Source of the DNA: Prochlorococcus sp. MIT 0801
GTDB lineage: Bacteria; Cyanobacteriota; Cyanobacteriia; PCC-6307; Cyanobiaceae
Assembly (NCBI RefSeq): GCF_000757865.1
Contig: NZ_CP007754.1
Location: forward strand, 750,001 to 782,000
DNA length: 32,000 bases
Direction of reading: 5' to 3'
Positions 27,346 to 32,000 of the stretch are shown here, piece by piece. The notes beneath the pieces were generated by a model. It made no database searches. It was not told where the DNA came from and was given only the letters and a program-made list of their open reading frames with translations. Each line of letters opens with the position of its first letter. The stretch's first letter is position 1. The position numbers were made by a program, and so were the translations under genes.

Positions 27346-29016
27346 CTATATTTGATCAGTTGTAGCTCCTTGGCTCGATGAACTTACTAGTCTTGAATAC
27401 TTCCCAAGAATGCCTGTCTTATATCTTGGATTTGGCTTCTCCCATTTCTCTTTCCTTCTAGCTAGTTCTTTCTCATCGACATTTAATTGAATTAACAATT
27501 TATTAGCGTCAACGGTAATACTGTCTCCTTCCTCTACCAATCCAATTGTTCCCCCGACGGCTGCTTCTGGAGCAACGTGGCCAACCACTAATCCATATGA
27601 TCCGCCACTAAATCGACCGTCAGTAATTAGTGCAACCTTCTCACCCAATCCTTGACCTACAATCGCTGAAGTTGGAGAGAGCATCTCTCTCATCCCTGGT
27701 CCACCTACAGGGCCCTCATATCTAACGACTACTATATCTCCAGCTTTAACTTTATTGTCAAGAATGGCAGTTAAGCATTCTTCTTCACTCTCAAAGACCC
27801 TTGCAGGTCCAGTTAAAACAGGAGTCTTCACACCACTGATTTTTGCGACACTTCCTTCACTAGCTAAATTTCCTTTGAGAATAGCAAGATGGCCTTTTTT
27901 ATAAATAGGGTTTGATATTGGTCTGATAACGTCTTGATTTTCTTTGGGCTTTGAGGGGATATCTCGTAAAACTTCTTTAATTGTTTTCCCTTCAATAGTT
28001 TTGCATTCTCCATGAAGCATTCCTTCATCGAGGAGTAATTTCATTACTTGAGGAATCCCACCAGCTTGATGTAAGTCAACTGTTACGTATTTACCGCTTG
28101 GTTTGAGGTCGCAAATCACAGGAACAGTTTGCCTTATACGTTCAAAGTCATCGATTGTTAAATCAACGCCTGCAGTCCTGGCTATGGCAAGTAGGTGAAG
28201 GACAGAATTTGTTGAGCCACCAACAGCCATGATTACACTGATTGCATTCTCAAAGGCCTCTTTTGTGAGTAAATCTAAAGGTCTGATGTTGTTCTTTACT
28301 GCATTGACAAGGACCTGAGCACTTTTAGCAGCGCTTTCTGCTTTTTCATCATCTACAGCAGCCATTGTTGAACTAAATGGCAAACTAAAACCCATCGCTT
28401 CGATTGCTGCAGACATGGTGTTAGCAGTAAACATCCCCCCGCAACTACCTGGACCAGGGATAGCATTTTTTTCTACCGCTATAAGACGTTCTTTATCGAT
28501 TTTCCCGCTTGCTAATTGACCGACAGCCTCGAATGAACTCACTACGGTCAAGTCGCAACCGTCTAATTTTCCAGGTTTAATTGTTCCCCCATAAACAAAA
28601 ATAGAGGGTATGTTCATTCTTGCCATTGACAACATTGCTCCAGGCATATTTTTGTCGCATCCACCAATAGCTAACACACCATCCATGCTTTGAGCATTGC
28701 AAGCTGTCTCGATTGAATCTGCAATAACTTCTCTTGAAACTAATGAGTATTTCATCCCTTCTGTTCCCATGGAAATGCCGTCACTAACAGTTATGGTCCC
28801 GAAAGTTTGAGGCATTGCACCAGCCTCTTTTAACGCTGATTCTGCTCTATTTGCCAAATCCATTAATCCCATATTGCATGGGGTTATTGTGCTGTGCCCA
28901 TTAGCGATTCCAATGATTGGCTTATTAAAATCATTATCATCAAACCCAACAGCTCTAAGCATTGCTCTGTTTGGTGATCGTTGAATACCCTGTGTTATTG
29001 CATTTGATCTAAGCAT
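27346..29016 (-). CDS. ilvD: Dihydroxy-acid dehydratase
   Basis: Motifs [19 protein letters not shown] and [10 protein letters not shown]. Length is 556 aa. Confidence 0.95.
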   Translation of the reverse strand: MLRSNAITQGIQRSPNRAMLRAVGFDDNDFNKPIIGIANGHSTITPCNMGLMDLANRAESALKEAGAMPQTFGTITVSDGISMGTEGMKYSLVSREVIADSIETACNAQSMDGVLAIGGCDKNMPGAMLSMARMNIPSIFVYGGTIKPGKLDGCDLTVVSSFEAVGQLASGKIDKERLIAVEKNAIPGPGSCGGMFTANTMSAAIEAMGFSLPFSSTMAAVDDEKAESAAKSAQVLVNAVKNNIRPLDLLTKEAFENAISVIMAVGGSTNSVLHLLAIARTAGVDLTIDDFERIRQTVPVICDLKPSGKYVTVDLHQAGGIPQVMKLLLDEGMLHGECKTIEGKTIKEVLRDIPSKPKENQDVIRPISNPIYKKGHLAILKGNLASEGSVAKISGVKTPVLTGPARVFESEEECLTAILDNKVKAGDIVVVRYEGPVGGPGMREMLSPTSAIVGQGLGEKVALITDGRFSGGSYGLVVGHVAPEAAVGGTIGLVEEGDSITVDANKLLIQLNVDEKELARRKEKWEKPNPRYKTGILGKYSRLVSSSSQGATTDQI

Positions 29017-29049
29017 TTGATTTCTATTTAATTGTTTAAAAAATTAGAA

Positions 29050-29349
29050 TTAATTAGAAGATCCTAGGTCTTCTAATTGTTTCCGCACATCTGCTATGGC
29101 CGAATTAAGCTGTTCAACACGTTGCTCAAGATGCTCATTGCTTTGATTTCCTAGCGAATTCGATGCTAATTCAGTTGCCTCAGAGCCATCTTGAATTCTA
29201 GGTGCATAAAGCATTGCTTTTTGCTTTCTAGTTTCTTGTCTTTTCTCGGCTTCAGAAAGCAGCCACCAAGCTAGACCTGCGGCTCCAAGTACGGCACCAC
29301 TAATTAATGATGCCAAACTCCCTGAATTTGAATCTCGGTATTGGCTCAT
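29050..29349 (-). CDS. Hypothetical small membrane-anchored coiled-coil protein (99 aa)
   Basis: One TM segment (LISGAVLGAAGLAWWLL) followed by a charged helical tail (EQRVEQLNSAIADVRKQLEDL). It is packed between upp and ilvD on the same strand with 24 and 33 nt gaps. Confidence 0.6.
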   Translation of the reverse strand: MSQYRDSNSGSLASLISGAVLGAAGLAWWLLSEAEKRQETRKQKAMLYAPRIQDGSEATELASNSLGNQSNEHLEQRVEQLNSAIADVRKQLEDLGSSN

Positions 29350-29373
29350 AACTTTGAATAACTTTTTAAAATG

Positions 29374-29991
29374 CTAGTTCGATGAGGTGACTCTGGTTTT
29401 GATACGTAATGATGGATCACCGATACCAGGTGATAGTTCACTTTCTGATATTAATTCAGGATCTATACAAGCACAATAAATATTCAAATCTTGAATGTTT
29501 TCGCCGATTTCTTTAAGTCCTTGATTAGCGGCTAATGCTGTAATCACTCTTATCCTTCTGGCATCAATTTTTTTATCTTTAAGATGATTTAAATCTTTTA
29601 AAAGTTTTTTAGCAGTTGTTATTTGATCTATGTAAAAAATAATTCCTGCATTTTCCTCAATTTCTTTTGGTAGGCCGCCGATACACAAATTTGAATTAGG
29701 AATTAAATCTCTAGCACCTCTAAAAAGCTCAAGCCCTGCAGGCAAATAAGGAATTGCCAATATAGGAATATTTGGATCAATAACTGAGCATTCAGTTGTT
29801 CCAGTTGAAGTTGTAATCTGCTCTTTTCTACTTGGGATCCATTCTCTAAGCGCTTCATAAGTGAGCCAGGTGCCAAGTTGCTCAAGGCCAGTTGCATAAA
29901 GGATTTCTGGGGTAGTAGGGTTCCTTAAAATAGTTAACCAATGTGATATGAGTGGGTGTGGAGGAACTATTACTCTTAAGCTCATTGACAT
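29374..29991 (-). CDS. upp: Uracil phosphoribosyltransferase family protein
   Basis: The N-terminus VPPHPLISHWLTILRN, a PRPP-loop-like region and a C-terminal SPGIGD motif match the Upp pattern. Length is 205 aa. Confidence 0.8.
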   Translation of the reverse strand: MSMSLRVIVPPHPLISHWLTILRNPTTPEILYATGLEQLGTWLTYEALREWIPSRKEQITTSTGTTECSVIDPNIPILAIPYLPAGLELFRGARDLIPNSNLCIGGLPKEIEENAGIIFYIDQITTAKKLLKDLNHLKDKKIDARRIRVITALAANQGLKEIGENIQDLNIYCACIDPELISESELSPGIGDPSLRIKTRVTSSN

Positions 29992-30062
29992 GATTCATTC
30001 TTGGCCTTATGTGCCATAACGTGAATAAGTAAATTACCTGTTAAAAGTCCTTTTAAGCTCCT

Positions 30063-30575
30063 ATGAACAAAAAAACTTCTTTCATCTCGGATTTTAAAGC
30101 AATTATTTTTGCTGTATTACTTATAGTTGTTTTGGTACTCCCTGCTAAAAGTGTTTTCGCTAGGACGCCTGCGGAGATTCGCAATCTAGAAGAACTTAAT
30201 ATTTCCCAAGATATGTCTAGCCAAGATTTAAGTGGAAATGATTTCGTAAAATTAGATCTGAAGGGCATAAATTTTAGTGAATCAAACCTTACAGGAGCAG
30301 TTTTTAATAACAGTAAATTGAATGGAGCAGATTTGCATGGTGCTCAGCTAAATGACGCATTGGCATATGCAAGCGATTTTGAAGGAGCTGATTTAAGGGA
30401 TGTCGACTTCAATGGTGCATTATTGATGGAAAGTAACTTCACAGATGCTCTTATTGAGGGAGCCGATTTTACAGATGCGGTGATAAGTCGAATACAACAA
30501 AAAGAACTATGTAACATGGCTTCTGGAACAAATTCAAAGACTGATGAGGATACGAGTTACAGTCTAGGTTGCTGA
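30063..30575 (+). CDS. Pentapeptide-repeat protein with an N-terminal signal peptide (thylakoid-lumen/periplasm type)
   Basis: Signal-like N-terminus IIFAVLLIVVLVLPAKSVFA, then tandem A(D/N)LxG-type pentapeptides (ADLHGAQLNDALAYASDFEGADLRDVDFNGALLMESNFTDALIEGADFTDAV). Confidence 0.85.
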   Translation: MNKKTSFISDFKAIIFAVLLIVVLVLPAKSVFARTPAEIRNLEELNISQDMSSQDLSGNDFVKLDLKGINFSESNLTGAVFNNSKLNGADLHGAQLNDALAYASDFEGADLRDVDFNGALLMESNFTDALIEGADFTDAVISRIQQKELCNMASGTNSKTDEDTSYSLGC

Positions 30576-30595
30576 GTTATTAAGCAAAAATAAAA

Positions 30596-31639
30596 ATGAG
30601 CGCTATTCGTCTACCAGTTACGGTAGTTACAGGATTCTTAGGTTCTGGTAAAACAACACTCTTAAGGCATCTTTTACGTGAAGGGAATCAACGTCTAGCT
30701 GTAGTTGTTAATGAATTTGGAACAGTTGGTTTAGATGGAGACCTTCTTAAAAACTGTGGGCTTTGCCCTGATGATGAAGTAGATGAAAGAATAGTTGAGT
30801 TAAATAATGGCTGCTTATGTTGCACTGTTCAAGAGGACTTCCTTCCTGCAATGGAAGCTTTGCTTCTTAGATCAAATCAGCTTGATGGAATCATTATTGA
30901 AACCAGTGGTCTTGCTTTGCCAAAGCCTTTACTTCAAGCTCTTAATTGGCCTGCAATAAGAAATAAGGTTTTTATTAATGGAGTCGTCACTTTAGTTGAT
31001 GGATATGCTCTCTCAAATGGAAGCCCAGTGGGTGATTTGAAAAGTATTAATCAACAAATAACAACTGACAAAAGTATTGATCATTTAACTCCAATAAATG
31101 AGCTTTTTAGAGATCAATTGATTTCTGCTGATCTCGTTTTAATTAGTAGGTCTGATTTGCTTTCTGCAAAAAGTTTTTCATTGGTTAGGGATGAGGTGAA
31201 AAAGCAAGGTAATTCCATTACTAATATTCTGCCAATATCTAATGGAAAAATTGAACCTTCAGTAATTCTCGGCCTTTGCAAAGAACAAAACAATATTTCT
31301 CGAGCAGATCAATATGACCATGACCATGACCATGACCATGACCATGACCATGTTGATGTAATAAGTGAGCATTTAAGATTTGAATTCCCAATTGATAAGG
31401 ATCTATTGAAAGAAATACTTGTAAATCTAGTTCCGGAATATCAAATTCTTCGTATAAAAGGGAGATGCTGGATAGAGGGTAAGGCTTTGCCTCTTCAGAT
31501 CCAAATGGTTGGATGCAGATTTAATTCATGGTTTGAGAGTGCGAATGATGAGTCTTGGAAACCTTCTAAGGCTGGAATTGATTTAGTCTCTTTGAGTCTG
31601 AAAGGCGGAGTTGAAAAAGCTTTTGAATCTTCCTTTTAA
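30596..31639 (+). CDS. COG0523 family GTPase / putative metallochaperone (CobW-like)
   Basis: Walker A GFLGSGKTT, the metal-binding GCLCC (CxCC) motif, ETSGLA switch, a His-rich (DH)6 linker, and a CobW C-terminal domain. Length is 347 aa. Confidence 0.88.
   Translation: MSAIRLPVTVVTGFLGSGKTTLLRHLLREGNQRLAVVVNEFGTVGLDGDLLKNCGLCPDDEVDERIVELNNGCLCCTVQEDFLPAMEALLLRSNQLDGIIIETSGLALPKPLLQALNWPAIRNKVFINGVVTLVDGYALSNGSPVGDLKSINQQITTDKSIDHLTPINELFRDQLISADLVLISRSDLLSAKSFSLVRDEVKKQGNSITNILPISNGKIEPSVILGLCKEQNNISRADQYDHDHDHDHDHDHVDVISEHLRFEFPIDKDLLKEILVNLVPEYQILRIKGRCWIEGKALPLQIQMVGCRFNSWFESANDESWKPSKAGIDLVSLSLKGGVEKAFESSF
31316..31351 (+). repeat. (GACCAT)6 in-frame hexanucleotide microsatellite encoding (Asp-His)6
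   Basis: Six perfect tandem copies read directly from the sequence. They are codon-aligned with the COG0523 ORF. Confidence 0.95.
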
Positions 31640-31668
31640 TTAATTGGTTCAAATTATTATATTTATAT

Positions 31669-31694
31669 TAAAAATAGGTTGTATTTTTATTTTT
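31669..31694 (+). terminator. Candidate intrinsic terminator after the COG0523 gene (all-AT stem)
   Basis: TAAAAATA-ggttg-TATTTTTA hairpin followed by TTTTT, 30 nt after the stop. The A/T-only stem makes it weak. Confidence 0.25.
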
Positions 31695-31769
31695 ATCCGC
31701 GATTCTTTGTGAGTTAGGAGATAATTCTCTTAAAGCAATTTTCTAATAGTTTCTAACCGGACATTTTTC

Positions 31770-31955
31770 GTGAGTCAAGCAGTTTCCACTACCAAGAAAA
31801 ATGATGTTCAGAGTGTTGCCAATGCTTTGAAACTGAAGACCTGCAATAAATGTGGCGGTAATGGTTATATGAAATCTAGCCCAAATTGTTATCACACTTG
31901 TCTGACATGCCTAGGAAAAGGATTAATAAGTGAACAATGTGAAAGTATCAATTAG
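31770..31955 (+). CDS. Small DnaJ-type zinc-finger protein (61 aa)
   Basis: Two exact CxxCxGxG repeats (CNKCGGNG and CLTCLGKG), the DnaJ cysteine-rich-domain motif, in a 61-codon ORF. The start must be non-ATG (GTG at 31770). Confidence 0.55.
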   Translation: MSQAVSTTKKNDVQSVANALKLKTCNKCGGNGYMKSSPNCYHTCLTCLGKGLISEQCESIN

Positions 31956-32000
31956 AAATTTATCAAATATTATCTACAATAACTTTGTAACCTTCTTTCT

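Overview
This window looks like compact core chromosome of an AT-rich marine picocyanobacterium. Prochlorococcus is the best fit, inferred from gene content (chlP, ccsA, bifunctional glpX, CIA30, a lumenal-type pentapeptide protein), AT-rich codon use, and tiny or negative intergenic spacers. G+C is roughly mid-30s % by eye, not computed.

I call 29 protein-coding genes, almost all housekeeping:
- Translation and DNA repair: rpsB (partial), tsf, recG, glyS, typA.
- Sulfur and pigment: sir, chlP, hemA, ccsA.
- Envelope: a VanX-like dipeptidase, a VanY-like carboxypeptidase, lptB, and an LptF/G permease.
- A carbon-metabolism run: rpe, glpX, glgC, gnd, pgl.
- ilvD, upp, and a COG0523 metallochaperone.

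I found no tRNA or rRNA genes, no CRISPR array, no intact mobile element, and no recognisable defence or toxin system. I do not see a convincing multi-gene novel system and regard the region as largely ordinary.

The leads most worth a second look are:
1. A 113-codon in-frame extension upstream of the canonical sulfite reductase start. Its first ~45 residues resemble an integrase arm-type N-terminal domain, and a perfect tandem 10-nt direct repeat sits directly beside it.
2. An uncharacterised 518-aa polytopic membrane protein with GT-C-like features, next to lptB and the LptF/G permease gene and preceded by a 31-codon hydrophobic mini-ORF.
3. A mini DnaJ-type zinc-finger ORF next to a COG0523 GTPase that carries a (GACCAT)6 microsatellite encoding (DH)6.
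4. An orphan-like, low-complexity ORF wedged by overlaps between tsf and recG.
5. A perfect palindrome in the rpe/glpX divergent spacer.

All functional calls rest on motif recognition from the supplied translations. No database search was possible.
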